Below are positions 1-9,205 of a stretch of 64,000 nt of DNA, in pieces. Numbering within the stretch: position 1 is the stretch's first letter; the number at the start of each line of letters is the position of its first letter. The DNA is from Archaeoglobales archaeon (GTDB lineage Archaea; Halobacteriota; Archaeoglobi; Archaeoglobales; Archaeoglobaceae): positions 26,616 through 90,615 of the forward strand of contig JASFYJ010000001.1 of NCBI GenBank assembly GCA_030055525.1. The letters are read 5' to 3'. Below the pieces are notes generated by a model. It ran no database searches. It was not told where the DNA came from and saw only the letters and a program-made list of their open reading frames with translations. A program made the position numbers and the translations under genes.

Positions 1-842
1 TTGATGAGGGTGTGCTTAGTAAGACTAGGAAGACCGATTATATAGTTGATCCAGACTACATGCTCGATGTTTTGGCAGAAGTTGCAGAATTTAAAGGAGA
101 AAACTTAGAGGTTCACCTTGATGGACAAGGAGAACCTGCATTGTATCCATACCTTGAGTACTTTGTGGAAAAAGTCTGGAAAATAAAAAACGTAAAGGTA
201 GTTTCAATCCAAACAAACGGTTTGGTTTTTAGCGAAGATAGGATCGATGCTTTGGAAAACTACATAACGAGAGTGAATTTATCGATAAGCGCTTTAGATG
301 AAGAACTTGCTAAAAAACTGCATGGTAAAAATTATCCAATCAAAAAAGTTCTCGAAGTTGCGGAGGCAATTGCAAACAGCAATATGGACCTACTGATAGC
401 TCCCGTTTGGGTACCTGGCTACAACGATGCTGAAATACCGAAAATAATCGAATTCGCTTTGAATATAGGTGCAGGCAAAAGATATCCTCCTTTGGGTATT
501 CAGAAGTACATACCTTATAAATTCGGAAGAAAGGCTGGAAGAAGAATATCTTTTGATGAATTTTATAAAAAACTTTCTGAATTGGAAAAAGAGTTCGGTG
601 TAAAGCTCATCCTCAAGCCAGAAGACTTCGGGATAGAAAAAAGACCAAGAATATTCAATCCTTTCAAGAAAGGGGATGTAGAAAAGGGCAAAATTGTTGC
701 TGAAGGGAGAATGCATGGTGAAAAGCTAGTGGTTGCGAGAGATAGAAGCGTCGCTGTATATACGGATAAGAATGTAGGCGATTACGTTGATTTTGAGGTT
801 GTATCAGCAAAAGATGGTATAATTGTTGGTGTGGAGAGATGA
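1..842 (+). CDS. radical SAM-family protein, C-terminal part (5' end lies outside the window)
   Basis: The frame is open from base 3 to the window edge, so the GTG at 12 is only the tracker's first start. It contains DGQGEPALYP (GGEP-type SAM-binding motif) and a small beta-rich C-terminal tail. The stop overlaps the next start (ATGA). Confidence 0.6.
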   Translation, partial: DEGVLSKTRKTDYIVDPDYMLDVLAEVAEFKGENLEVHLDGQGEPALYPYLEYFVEKVWKIKNVKVVSIQTNGLVFSEDRIDALENYITRVNLSISALDEELAKKLHGKNYPIKKVLEVAEAIANSNMDLLIAPVWVPGYNDAEIPKIIEFALNIGAGKRYPPLGIQKYIPYKFGRKAGRRISFDEFYKKLSELEKEFGVKLILKPEDFGIEKRPRIFNPFKKGDVEKGKIVAEGRMHGEKLVVARDRSVAVYTDKNVGDYVDFEVVSAKDGIIVGVER

Positions 843-1366
843 AACACCTTGAATTCTCTGGAAAGTACGAGAAGATGCTCTTAGATGGTGTAAAGAATAT
901 AACAATAAGAAAAAGAACAAATTTAAAGCCTGGAGATGAAGTTTACATTCACTGTGGTGGTAAGATAATAGGTAGAGCCAGAATAGAAGAAGTTTACACT
1001 AAGAATCTGGAAGAAATTACAGAGGATGAAGCGAGGCAGGATGGATTTGAAAGCAGATTTGAGATGTTGGATGAACTTAGAAGGATAGGTTACAAGGGAA
1101 AGGTTTACATAATTAAATTTAAATTAGAAAACTCTGAATTTTTAAATCCACATGAAATTCATTACGGAAAAGCAGAGCTCTTAGATATAGCAAAAAAAGC
1201 TCTTGAGTGTTTAAACTTAAGCAGATCAGATGTGGATCTGCTTAAAGCATTTTTAAAATATGGAAGCATAAGAAAGACATCTGCAAAGCTCAGAATAGGT
1301 AAAAACGATGTTCGCAGGTTGCTCAGAAAATGTTACGAAGAACTGAAGACAATGGGTATGATTTAA
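839..1366 (+). CDS. ASCH (PUA-like) domain protein with C-terminal helix-turn-helix-like tail
   Basis: LLDGVKNITIRK matches the GxKxxxxR ASCH signature. The C-terminus SIRKTSAKLRIGKNDVRRLLRK looks like an HTH. It is translationally coupled to the upstream gene. Confidence 0.6.
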   Translation: MKHLEFSGKYEKMLLDGVKNITIRKRTNLKPGDEVYIHCGGKIIGRARIEEVYTKNLEEITEDEARQDGFESRFEMLDELRRIGYKGKVYIIKFKLENSEFLNPHEIHYGKAELLDIAKKALECLNLSRSDVDLLKAFLKYGSIRKTSAKLRIGKNDVRRLLRKCYEELKTMGMI

Positions 1367-1372
1367 ATAGCT

Positions 1373-2011
1373 TTGGATTCATGGAAGGGCATGCTGGAGT
1401 TTGTTGCAAAGGTCGCTTTGATTAGCGCTACTGGAGCATTAACTCCGGGACCGCTTTCAGCAGTTGCTGCAGCTTCAGGTGTTGAAGGAAAATGGAAAAG
1501 TGGATTTTTGGTTAGCTTGGGTCATATGGCTGTTGAGTTACCGTTGATAGTTCTCATCTCACTTGGCGTTCTCAGCTTTTTAACTAGCGAAATTTTTATA
1601 AAAACTTCTAGTTTTCTTGGGGGGATCATGCTGATCCTGTTTTCCTATCTAACACTAAAAAGTGCCTTCTCCGATTTTGAAACTCAGAAAACAAGAAAAT
1701 CATCCCCTTTCTTTGCAGGAGTTTTGCTTACACTATTTAATCCCTTCTTTATGGTTTGGTGGGCAACAATTGGAATGGCTTTGATAGGCGAAGCTATAAT
1801 GCTTTTCGGATATACAGGAGTGCTTTTGCTTTTCTTTTCGCATATTTGGCTTGATTTTGGCTGGCTTTCTTTTTTGGCAGAAATGACGTCCTTCAGTAGA
1901 AGGGCGATTTTGGTTTACAGAACTGTATTGATACTTCTGGCCATCTTTGTTGCAGTTTTTGGGGTAGAATTTTTATACTTTGCAATATATGGAAAGCATT
2001 TAATTTTTTAG
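1373..2011 (+). CDS. LysE/RhtB-family amino-acid exporter
   Basis: About 6 TM segments, an N-terminal TPGP motif and a length of about 210 aa are typical of LysE-type translocators. Confidence 0.6.
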   Translation: MDSWKGMLEFVAKVALISATGALTPGPLSAVAAASGVEGKWKSGFLVSLGHMAVELPLIVLISLGVLSFLTSEIFIKTSSFLGGIMLILFSYLTLKSAFSDFETQKTRKSSPFFAGVLLTLFNPFFMVWWATIGMALIGEAIMLFGYTGVLLLFFSHIWLDFGWLSFLAEMTSFSRRAILVYRTVLILLAIFVAVFGVEFLYFAIYGKHLIF

Positions 2012-2214
2012 GAGGTAACTTCAAAATTTTTGTTAGCAAAGAAAAATTTCTTTTTGGCTTTGCAACCAAAATAAGGGTCTTAATATAATTTGAGTATTTA
2101 GAGAATGCAGCGATTCGCAGATATGTATACGAAAACGTGGAAAAAGATGAGAGACGAAGGAGTAAAAGAAAGCGAAAATACAAAAAGGTAGCCTACTTGA
2201 AAATAACGTAAAAT

Positions 2215-2346
2215 GGCTTTTTTCGATACTTGGATTTAAAGTTCAAAAATATTAAAACAGATGGACATGAAATCGACGTCTTAGTCAGCTACGGCAATAA
2301 AAAACTGCTGTATAATGCAAGCAGTATAAAAAATCGATCGCGATAA
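2215..2346 (+). pseudogene. start-less ORF fragment, possibly a remnant of a PD-(D/E)XK-type nuclease gene
   Basis: This is a 43-codon open frame with no start codon (GFFRYLDLKFKNIKTDGHEIDVLVSYGNKKLLYNASS...). It resembles the LGF-x-V...DGGIDxxA core of Mrr-like nucleases but lacks the E-x-K. It sits in a 755-bp non-coding gap. Confidence 0.2.
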
Positions 2347-2736
2347 GAAACTTCATTTAATAATGAAGCAAAAAAACACATTCTAAAAGTTGATAATGCA
2401 AGAGATGAGATGTTAGCATCGACCGGTTTGAAGGAGATGAAGCCAGAAAGTTCTGAAGCTTTCGAGGGTAAAAAAGACCTATTTGTTGAGAGAGAATTTC
2501 TGAAATTGTTCTAGGCAATTTAAGGCTTCTAAATTCGGAATTCTATCAAATTGGGCAATTTTATGATAGTTTTTTGTTTTTTGGCATTTTTTATCTGAAG
2601 CTCCCTTTCCCTCTATCCTTGCTTTTTTGGAATTGTAGTACTAGTTGATCGAAAAGATGGTAAAAATGGGGAATAGATGGTAACAGAGTTCTATGGAACT
2701 CTTAAGTGTTTGCTAAAAATTAGCTAATGCGCCAAG

Positions 2737-2746
2737 TTTAAATATA
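2737..2746 (+). promoter_or_regulatory. TATA box for rps17e (leaderless or near-leaderless mRNA)
   Basis: TTTAAATATA is centred about 26 nt upstream of the ATG at 2767. Confidence 0.5.
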
Positions 2747-2766
2747 GCGGCAAGAAAGTCCATCTC

Positions 2767-2964
2767 ATGGGCACAGTGAAGCCAGCTTATATAAAAGTGA
2801 TAGCGAACGAACTTTTGAAGAGGTATCCGGAACTGTTTACTAACAACTTCGATCAAAATAAGAAGATAGTTGCTGCAGTTACGAACATCCAAAGCAAGAC
2901 TGTTCGAAACAGGGTTGCTGGATATATAACAAGGAAGATAAACAGAGGGTTCGCGAATGTTTAA
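2767..2964 (+). CDS. rps17e: 30S ribosomal protein S17e
   Basis: MGTVKPAYIKVIANELLKRYPELFT... matches the archaeal S17e N-terminus and size (65 aa). Confidence 0.9.
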   Translation: MGTVKPAYIKVIANELLKRYPELFTNNFDQNKKIVAAVTNIQSKTVRNRVAGYITRKINRGFANV

Positions 2965-3832
2965 AGGTGTGATTCCAGCGATAGTTACGCCTTTCAAGGA
3001 AGATTCCAGCATAGACTATCGTGGACTGGAAAAAAATATCGAATTTCTTGAAAGATACGTCGATGCAATTGTTCCTGCAGGAACCACTGGAGAGGCGGCA
3101 ACTTTGAGCTATGAAGAACACATAGAGGTTGTGAAGTTCGTGGTTGAGACTTCAAATGTACCAGTAATCGCTGGTTCAGGTTCAAATTCGACAAAAGAGG
3201 CTGTATGGTTAACAAAAGAAGTTGAAAAGGCTGGAGCTGATGCGGCTTTGCTTATAACTCCTTACTACAACAAACCAAATCAGCAGGGGCTTTACGAACA
3301 TTACAAAATCATAGCGAAAGAAGTATCGCTGCCGCTGATAATATACAACGTTCCCAGTAGAACTGCAGTAAATATAGCCCCCGAAACAGTTGCCAAACTA
3401 TCGGAGATAGATAATTATGTAGGAATAAAAGAAGCAAGTGGAGATCTTAAGCAGATTTCTAAGATAATTCAGCTGACTGCTAGTAAAAATTTCGTAGTTC
3501 TCTCTGGAGACGATCTAATGACGTTGCCAATTCTAGCTATTGGTGGTGAAGGAGTAATCAGCGTTGCAGCAAATGTTGTGCCAAAGATGATGAAGGAAAT
3601 GGTTGATGCTTACAAAAGTGGGAATGTAAAGAAGGCTGCCGAGCTAAATCTTAGGCTTTTACCTCTGTTCGAGGTTTTGTTCATCGAAACGAATCCGATG
3701 CCAGTTAAAAAAGCTCTAGATCTTATCGGATTGGCAGGTGGGAAGCCAAGGCTACCGCTTGTTGAGCTGAGTGCAGATAAAACCGAAAAACTTAGAGCTG
3801 TTTTGAAGGAGCTGAATCTGCTCAATCCATAG
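2957..3832 (+). CDS. dapA: 4-hydroxy-tetrahydrodipicolinate synthase
   Basis: GVIPAIVTPF, GTTGE, IIYNVPSRT and GIKEASGD motifs are present. Length is 291 aa. Confidence 0.9.
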   Translation: MFKGVIPAIVTPFKEDSSIDYRGLEKNIEFLERYVDAIVPAGTTGEAATLSYEEHIEVVKFVVETSNVPVIAGSGSNSTKEAVWLTKEVEKAGADAALLITPYYNKPNQQGLYEHYKIIAKEVSLPLIIYNVPSRTAVNIAPETVAKLSEIDNYVGIKEASGDLKQISKIIQLTASKNFVVLSGDDLMTLPILAIGGEGVISVAANVVPKMMKEMVDAYKSGNVKKAAELNLRLLPLFEVLFIETNPMPVKKALDLIGLAGGKPRLPLVELSADKTEKLRAVLKELNLLNP

Positions 3833-3857
3833 ATGGCTCAATTTAAAAATTGGCCAT
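3833..3857. terminator. hairpin between convergent dapA and the pilin-like operon
   Basis: ATGGCTCAATTTAAAAATTGGCCAT forms a near-perfect inverted repeat (one bulged T) and is followed by T-rich sequence. Confidence 0.3.
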
Positions 3858-3891
3858 AGAAATATTTTATCGCTTTTATATAAATCTTCTA

Positions 3892-4854
3892 TTAAGATTT
3901 TAGCAGAACACTTTTGAAAACAACGATTAAGGTGGTTTGGTAATTTTCTGTGTCAATCATTGCCATCGGTATAAATGCCTTTTCGCATGTACAAACGCAG
4001 GGACTAATACCATAGCAATTGTGGCAATTTTCAGCTATTAGTGTTGTGTTCAAAAGCTCGAATCTGTCAAAGAACCTGCACCATGCACTCTGGTGTTCAG
4101 TGTCTCTTACCAAAACGTACGCATAATCGAAGTTTTTCCATTGATGATTGCTTCCTATATTCAAGTCATCGATCTTCGAAAATATGTTATCGAGTTCCTC
4201 AACTGTGAATTTGAATCTCCCCGAACCGCCTATCGAAAGATTTCCTTGCAAAGAAGGTATTGTGATCACGAGATACTTGCTTGTTCCAGCAGTAGTATTT
4301 AGGAGTATTCTTGGCTCATAGAGGAGCTTTGAATATTCCGCATTTGAATACTTCGAAAAAACCGCTCCAGCTTCCATCGATAAAAGCCAGTCCTTGTATT
4401 CATATCTCAGTTCTCCGGCTGTTGTGTTTAAAATGCAGGCAGTTCTGTTAAGCCCGACATTACAACTAGTAGTGTTGGGATAGATTAGTCCGGTCGAGAG
4501 ATTGAGACAGTAAAGCCTAAATTTTTCCCCTGAAGAAGTAATTTCATTGCAATCATCCTGCGAAATTGTGTTAGAGCTATTAACAAAAGCTACTATGAAT
4601 TCGGGGCCCTTACTTAAAAACATGTTACCTCCCTGAAGTTCTATTTCAGCAACTTGCGAAGGAACATCTCCGAAGGCTACAGAGTAAACTATGTACTGTA
4701 TCCTTTTGAAGCTCTTTTCAAGGCTCTGCGATAGAACGCTCCTCTTCATATCCTCAACCATGTTGTTTACCTGCACAAAAACGATTGCAAGCACTGCCAT
4801 CACGATGCCGAAGATGTAGATGTAGCCTGTTACTTCGGAAACAGCGTTCCTCAT
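3892..4854 (-). CDS. class III signal peptide (archaeal type IV pilin-like) protein F, 320 aa
   Basis: The N-terminus MRNA|VSEVTGYIYIFGIVMAVLAIVFVQV is a short charged leader followed by a hydrophobic helix. There are at least 8 N-X-S/T sequons. The start overlaps the upstream stop by 1 nt. Confidence 0.7.
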   Translation of the reverse strand: MRNAVSEVTGYIYIFGIVMAVLAIVFVQVNNMVEDMKRSVLSQSLEKSFKRIQYIVYSVAFGDVPSQVAEIELQGGNMFLSKGPEFIVAFVNSSNTISQDDCNEITSSGEKFRLYCLNLSTGLIYPNTTSCNVGLNRTACILNTTAGELRYEYKDWLLSMEAGAVFSKYSNAEYSKLLYEPRILLNTTAGTSKYLVITIPSLQGNLSIGGSGRFKFTVEELDNIFSKIDDLNIGSNHQWKNFDYAYVLVRDTEHQSAWCRFFDRFELLNTTLIAENCHNCYGISPCVCTCEKAFIPMAMIDTENYQTTLIVVFKSVLLKS

Positions 4855-5546
4855 CAGCTCACCTCTATTGAGACAATTAAAATACTTATTTCTCGCGGCA
4901 AAGCTGTTTCAACGACTATTTTTCGATCGCTACAATCGCTGTTCGCTAAAATACTCGAATCCATCTTTTCAATCGCCTTCTTCCATAGCTCGCAGAAGTC
5001 GCCTTCAATCTCAAGCTTCGTTGCGTTGAATTGCTCTGTTGCATTGTATCTCATGCTCATCGTCACCCTGCTACCGCCGGCGGAGAATTTGCCGATGAAG
5101 TTGTAGAAGGTAAAGTAAACAGTATCGTTTGTTGCAATAACCGAAGGCTCGGAAATTGGAATCGGGATAACCTCGCCATAGGCCTTCTCGAAAATTCCAG
5201 ATTCCAGAGTTACGATTCTACCGCTAACTTCGATGTTGAGGTTTTGCAGTTGTCTCTTTACATTTACACTGCCCAAATTAAAAGATAAATTAAGTCCAGC
5301 TGAGGTATAGATGCTACCCATGTTTAACTGGATAGTTTTAATCGTCGCTACCTCGCTACCGAACTTCATTCTCTCAACAAGCTCTTTTATTTCCGCCATC
5401 GTCTTTACGGCGTTTCTGTAATTGATGTTGTCTATGCCGGAAGATATCGTCGGATAGGACATCATGTAGATAATTCCGGCTGTAAAAACCATCACAAAGA
5501 TTACCAGCATCGCTCCAACGGTCTCGGATACGGCTTTTGAATTCAT
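4854..5546 (-). CDS. class III signal peptide (archaeal Pilin_N-type) protein E, 230 aa
   Basis: The N-terminus MNSKA|VSETVGAMLVIFVMVFTAGIIYMM resembles the archaeal pilin N-terminal consensus (K/R-A-V-S-x-V-I/G...). Confidence 0.75.
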   Translation of the reverse strand: MNSKAVSETVGAMLVIFVMVFTAGIIYMMSYPTISSGIDNINYRNAVKTMAEIKELVERMKFGSEVATIKTIQLNMGSIYTSAGLNLSFNLGSVNVKRQLQNLNIEVSGRIVTLESGIFEKAYGEVIPIPISEPSVIATNDTVYFTFYNFIGKFSAGGSRVTMSMRYNATEQFNATKLEIEGDFCELWKKAIEKMDSSILANSDCSDRKIVVETALPREISILIVSIEVS

Positions 5547-5548
5547 AA

Positions 5549-8443
5549 TTACCTCAGGATTATTCTAGCATCCTCGCCCGAAACAACGTTAACCTTGCTC
5601 TGCACGAATCCACAATCTTCTATGGGTATAATTATATTATCCAAGGGTTCGCCCCTGTTGTTAAGGGCAACATACTGAATGAAAGAGTTGCTGTTGTCGT
5701 TTATTTCGTATTCGCCGTAGGGAGCATCATCCTTAACTTTAAGCCTAATCACGAGGTCTATGACTTCATCTTTCTGGATTGAGGTTATGTTAAGCCTTAT
5801 TTCCGTCTTTGTATCGCGTTCAATTATCTCGGGTTGTGAAACTGAGGAATTTAATTTGTTCGAAGTAGCAGTAACACCTAGAACCTTAAAAGGTGATAAA
5901 AATGAAACGTTGAGGCTTTCTACAACTGAGATATTAGTTGCGGCTATCTGGAAAGCGTTGAAAATTGTTCTGTAAGCTTCAACAAGTTCCTCGCTTGTAG
6001 TGGCGAAGAAGTAGCATGGCTTGTTGTTGTCTGGGCGTATAGAGGCGATATCTCTAAGGAGTTGCTGTCCATCCCCACTTATATCCGTGCTAAAGCCGAT
6101 TGTGCAGATTGAAACGTTAAATCCGTTTACTTTTACTGTATTGTTGTTCTTTATGTAATTCGCTATACATCGGGCTTGACCAAACGCACCGAGTGACGTT
6201 GGACATCCGTAATTACTTCCTTCGCTCACAACTTGATTGGCATCTCCATCTGTTAACAATATCATTAGAGGTCTTAACCCCTGAATACAGGTTGTGCAGT
6301 TGTTTCCAGATTCGTTCCAGATCGGATAAACTTTAGAACCCCAATACAACCCACCAGCAATGTTTGTAGCGCTAAGAGGTTTAAAGTTAATAATGCTTAC
6401 ATTAACTGCAGATTTATCATTGGTCATGTATTTCAGAACACTTGAAGACGCATTCACCACAACTCTTTGAGCGCTCGTTGAAAAATTGGTCAAACCTACA
6501 AAATCCTTTTGTCCCAGCATGCCATTGAACGTTGTTCCAGCAAGCTTTGCTGCGTCAATACGCATCACAAACACCGTTGCGTTAAAAGTCACTGAGTCCT
6601 TGGTTGTTGGCACAACAACGAACTTATAAGTTCCGGGGTTCGGGTATGGTATAAATGCGTCAGCGCTCATGTTAAAGTACTCTCTTGAAATATCCCTATT
6701 GTCCTGTGCCACATACCAAGCGGTAGAATTCCAGTATGCATATCGTGTGCAACCACTCCAAGACCCTAGTATGCACCATCTTATTACTGTCTTGTTATTG
6801 CCCTTCACCAGAAACTCCTTTGTGTTATCTGCCTTCACAAACCAGACGTTCAACTTGTTATCGTTAAAGCTATTATATCCACAAGTGGAAAAGTTATATC
6901 GCCAGTAGTAATTGCCCTCAGAAGGTATAAATTTCCAATTGCTCCAGATTCTTTCACTCCACTCTGGCAGATTCTGAACACCTACAACTGCCAAAAATCC
7001 ATAACTACCGCCAGAGGGCAACGGTGGTAATTCAAATTCGACTTCTTGTTTGTTCACATATTGATAAGTTTTGTTCAGAATCTCAGTATTCTGGTGTTTA
7101 ACAACGATTGTCAGGTTTATCTGCTCTGGAGCTCTTGCAACAACTTCGATCGTGTAATTTCCAGCGGGAGCATTGTTTTGTGAATAATATTTTCCAATTT
7201 TTCCTCCAGAATTATAATCGCCGCCTGAGTCAACTCCGTTAACGTAGAGTTTAACGAAAGATTCATCGTAGCCAACGTTATACCACGGACAATTCCCTGT
7301 CGCATTACTGCATGCTTTACACGCTGAATTTGAATACCAACTCGTAAGCCTATCGCTCGTATAAGCCCAGATCTCAAGTTTCCCTGAGGAGTTCAGCGTA
7401 ACTGTTTCCTTTATAACATTCGGATTTACTGTAAAACTGTAATTCTTAAAGATCGTTGGCAAGATCATGCTCCCTGAGACGTCGATGACATGCACAACGC
7501 TTAAATTCGTTGAATTTAGCAGGAAACCTCTACCTTCAATGCGAAGATTGACATCAAATACATCTCCGGGGGAAACAATCCTTGGCTCGATCCATTTCTT
7601 GCAAACCAGATATGGATTCGATTCTTCCGGTTTCAGAGAAACGAGAAGTTTATTTGCATCGCTTGCATTGCAGTGAGGTAAATCGACAATTTCAGCCCTG
7701 ATCCATGCGTAACATTCGTAATCGTTGCTTGTATCATTTCTTTTCACGCATTGATTTTTTACTTCATTTTCATCGATCAATTTTAGTGCTACTATCTTAT
7801 CGATATCTGAACCGGAAATAACACTACCGTTCCAGAGCGTTACGTTCCACCGTATGCTTTTTGTGATCTCATCTTTATTGACAAAGCTAACCTTTAATCC
7901 GAAGTTATCTTCAATAGCAACGCTGCTCTGAATAAACTCTATTCTTGGTTTTGGAATGAACGGGCACTCTATGGATTTTTCGTACTCCACCTTCGGTTTC
8001 TCTTCTTTCTTTTCAGCTTCTACCTGAAAACTTATAATTTCTCCTCCAGTTCCTACAGATATTACTCCTGATTTTGATATAAATTTCGCTAAACCCAAGC
8101 CACTAGCTGCAGAGTATTTTCCCCCCTCGACTAATATGTAAGCAACATCTCCCGTTTTATTTAGCTTTGCAGAATATCCCAGCTTGCCTATCGTCGATGG
8201 CATCTCTATTTTCGTGCTAATTGATCCGTTATCTGGAAGAATTAGGACGTAGTCTGTGTAGATTGCAGAAATCTGCGATGCGACATCTGCAAAGTTGTTC
8301 TCCACAACCCTTGAAAGCTGAACCTCGCTTAGAGTATCGTGAATCTGAAGACTCATCACAACTACAAAAACGCTCAGAATTCCCATCAGAATCAGATATT
8401 CCACAAGCAAAGATACCCCTTTATCAGCACCCATCCCCATCAC
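5549..8443 (-). CDS. pilin-like vWA (MIDAS) domain protein D, 964 aa, putative adhesin / TadG-like
   Basis: The N-terminus is GADKG|VSLLVEYLILMGILSVFVVVMSL. MIDAS DVSGSM lies at aa 321-326 (nt 7466-7483, verified by back-translation). SATNIAGGL lies at about aa 691-699 and ILLTDGDAN at aa 728-736. A hand count gives about 30 N-X-S/T sequons. Confidence 0.8.
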   Translation of the reverse strand: MMGMGADKGVSLLVEYLILMGILSVFVVVMSLQIHDTLSEVQLSRVVENNFADVASQISAIYTDYVLILPDNGSISTKIEMPSTIGKLGYSAKLNKTGDVAYILVEGGKYSAASGLGLAKFISKSGVISVGTGGEIISFQVEAEKKEEKPKVEYEKSIECPFIPKPRIEFIQSSVAIEDNFGLKVSFVNKDEITKSIRWNVTLWNGSVISGSDIDKIVALKLIDENEVKNQCVKRNDTSNDYECYAWIRAEIVDLPHCNASDANKLLVSLKPEESNPYLVCKKWIEPRIVSPGDVFDVNLRIEGRGFLLNSTNLSVVHVIDVSGSMILPTIFKNYSFTVNPNVIKETVTLNSSGKLEIWAYTSDRLTSWYSNSACKACSNATGNCPWYNVGYDESFVKLYVNGVDSGGDYNSGGKIGKYYSQNNAPAGNYTIEVVARAPEQINLTIVVKHQNTEILNKTYQYVNKQEVEFELPPLPSGGSYGFLAVVGVQNLPEWSERIWSNWKFIPSEGNYYWRYNFSTCGYNSFNDNKLNVWFVKADNTKEFLVKGNNKTVIRWCILGSWSGCTRYAYWNSTAWYVAQDNRDISREYFNMSADAFIPYPNPGTYKFVVVPTTKDSVTFNATVFVMRIDAAKLAGTTFNGMLGQKDFVGLTNFSTSAQRVVVNASSSVLKYMTNDKSAVNVSIINFKPLSATNIAGGLYWGSKVYPIWNESGNNCTTCIQGLRPLMILLTDGDANQVVSEGSNYGCPTSLGAFGQARCIANYIKNNNTVKVNGFNVSICTIGFSTDISGDGQQLLRDIASIRPDNNKPCYFFATTSEELVEAYRTIFNAFQIAATNISVVESLNVSFLSPFKVLGVTATSNKLNSSVSQPEIIERDTKTEIRLNITSIQKDEVIDLVIRLKVKDDAPYGEYEINDNSNSFIQYVALNNRGEPLDNIIIPIEDCGFVQSKVNVVSGEDARIILR

Positions 8444-8735
8444 AGAAATCTACCTCCGCATTCTTGAATTCAACTTTGTTGATGCTGACATAACAAACCC
8501 AACCATTTTTGGCACAAAGTACCTTCAATTGTTCCTGAGCTTCAGAATTTATGTTTCTACTATCTCTTATTTCTATCAAATTTCTTAACTCCTCCTTCGG
8601 AAAAGCAAGCATTGTTCTTGAACTTTCAATTCCAGCAATTATATTCTGAGCATATATATATGAGAGGGAAAGAATTATTACAACCACCGCTGCAGCGAAC
8701 AACAGGATCATCTGGCCCCTATTATTCATCTCCAT
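8424..8735 (-). CDS. class III signal peptide (pilin-like) protein C, 103 aa
   Basis: The N-terminus MEMNNRG|QMILLFAAAVVVIILSLSYIYA has an R-G|Q prepilin-type site. It overlaps both neighbouring genes. Confidence 0.65.
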   Translation of the reverse strand: MEMNNRGQMILLFAAAVVVIILSLSYIYAQNIIAGIESSRTMLAFPKEELRNLIEIRDSRNINSEAQEQLKVLCAKNGWVCYVSINKVEFKNAEVDFCDGDGC

Positions 8736-9205
8736 AACGTCAATCTCACCTCCACAACTTTGGCATTAGAACAGGGGGAATTTGAGGGGTTAGCGATAAC
8801 AAATCTGCTAGCCCTTACAGCATTTGGAGTTGGATCTTTGTTAAAACCCGCAATGTTTAGCACCTCAATTTCACTGCCATTGACGCAAAGTATCTCAATT
8901 CTTCCGTGAGCCGTTAGGCTGCTCAATACGAGGGATAGATTACTGCTGAACTCTGCCGGAGCTATGCATGTGTTGTTATTGCAGCTAAGATTTGCTATCA
9001 TACCTATTAAAGATGCGTTTCCGCCTTGCGGGCTATCGAGAACCCTTAAAATGTCGTAGCCCAGTTGCTTCAACTGTACATTCTCAAATTCGCTCCATGA
9101 AGGTGCTAAGACTACAGTGCTTTGAAAAATTGTGTAAGTTGCTATCAAAAGTAAAAGCGACGCCGCAACGCCTTCGAGCGTGAAAGTTTGGGCTTTCAAG
9201 TCCAT
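8726..9205 (-). CDS. class III signal peptide (pilin-like) protein B, 159 aa
   Basis: The N-terminus MDLKA|QTFTLEGVAASLLLLIATYTIF contains an FTLE motif reminiscent of bacterial type IV pilins. Confidence 0.7.
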   Translation of the reverse strand: MDLKAQTFTLEGVAASLLLLIATYTIFQSTVVLAPSWSEFENVQLKQLGYDILRVLDSPQGGNASLIGMIANLSCNNNTCIAPAEFSSNLSLVLSSLTAHGRIEILCVNGSEIEVLNIAGFNKDPTPNAVRASRFVIANPSNSPCSNAKVVEVRLTLWR

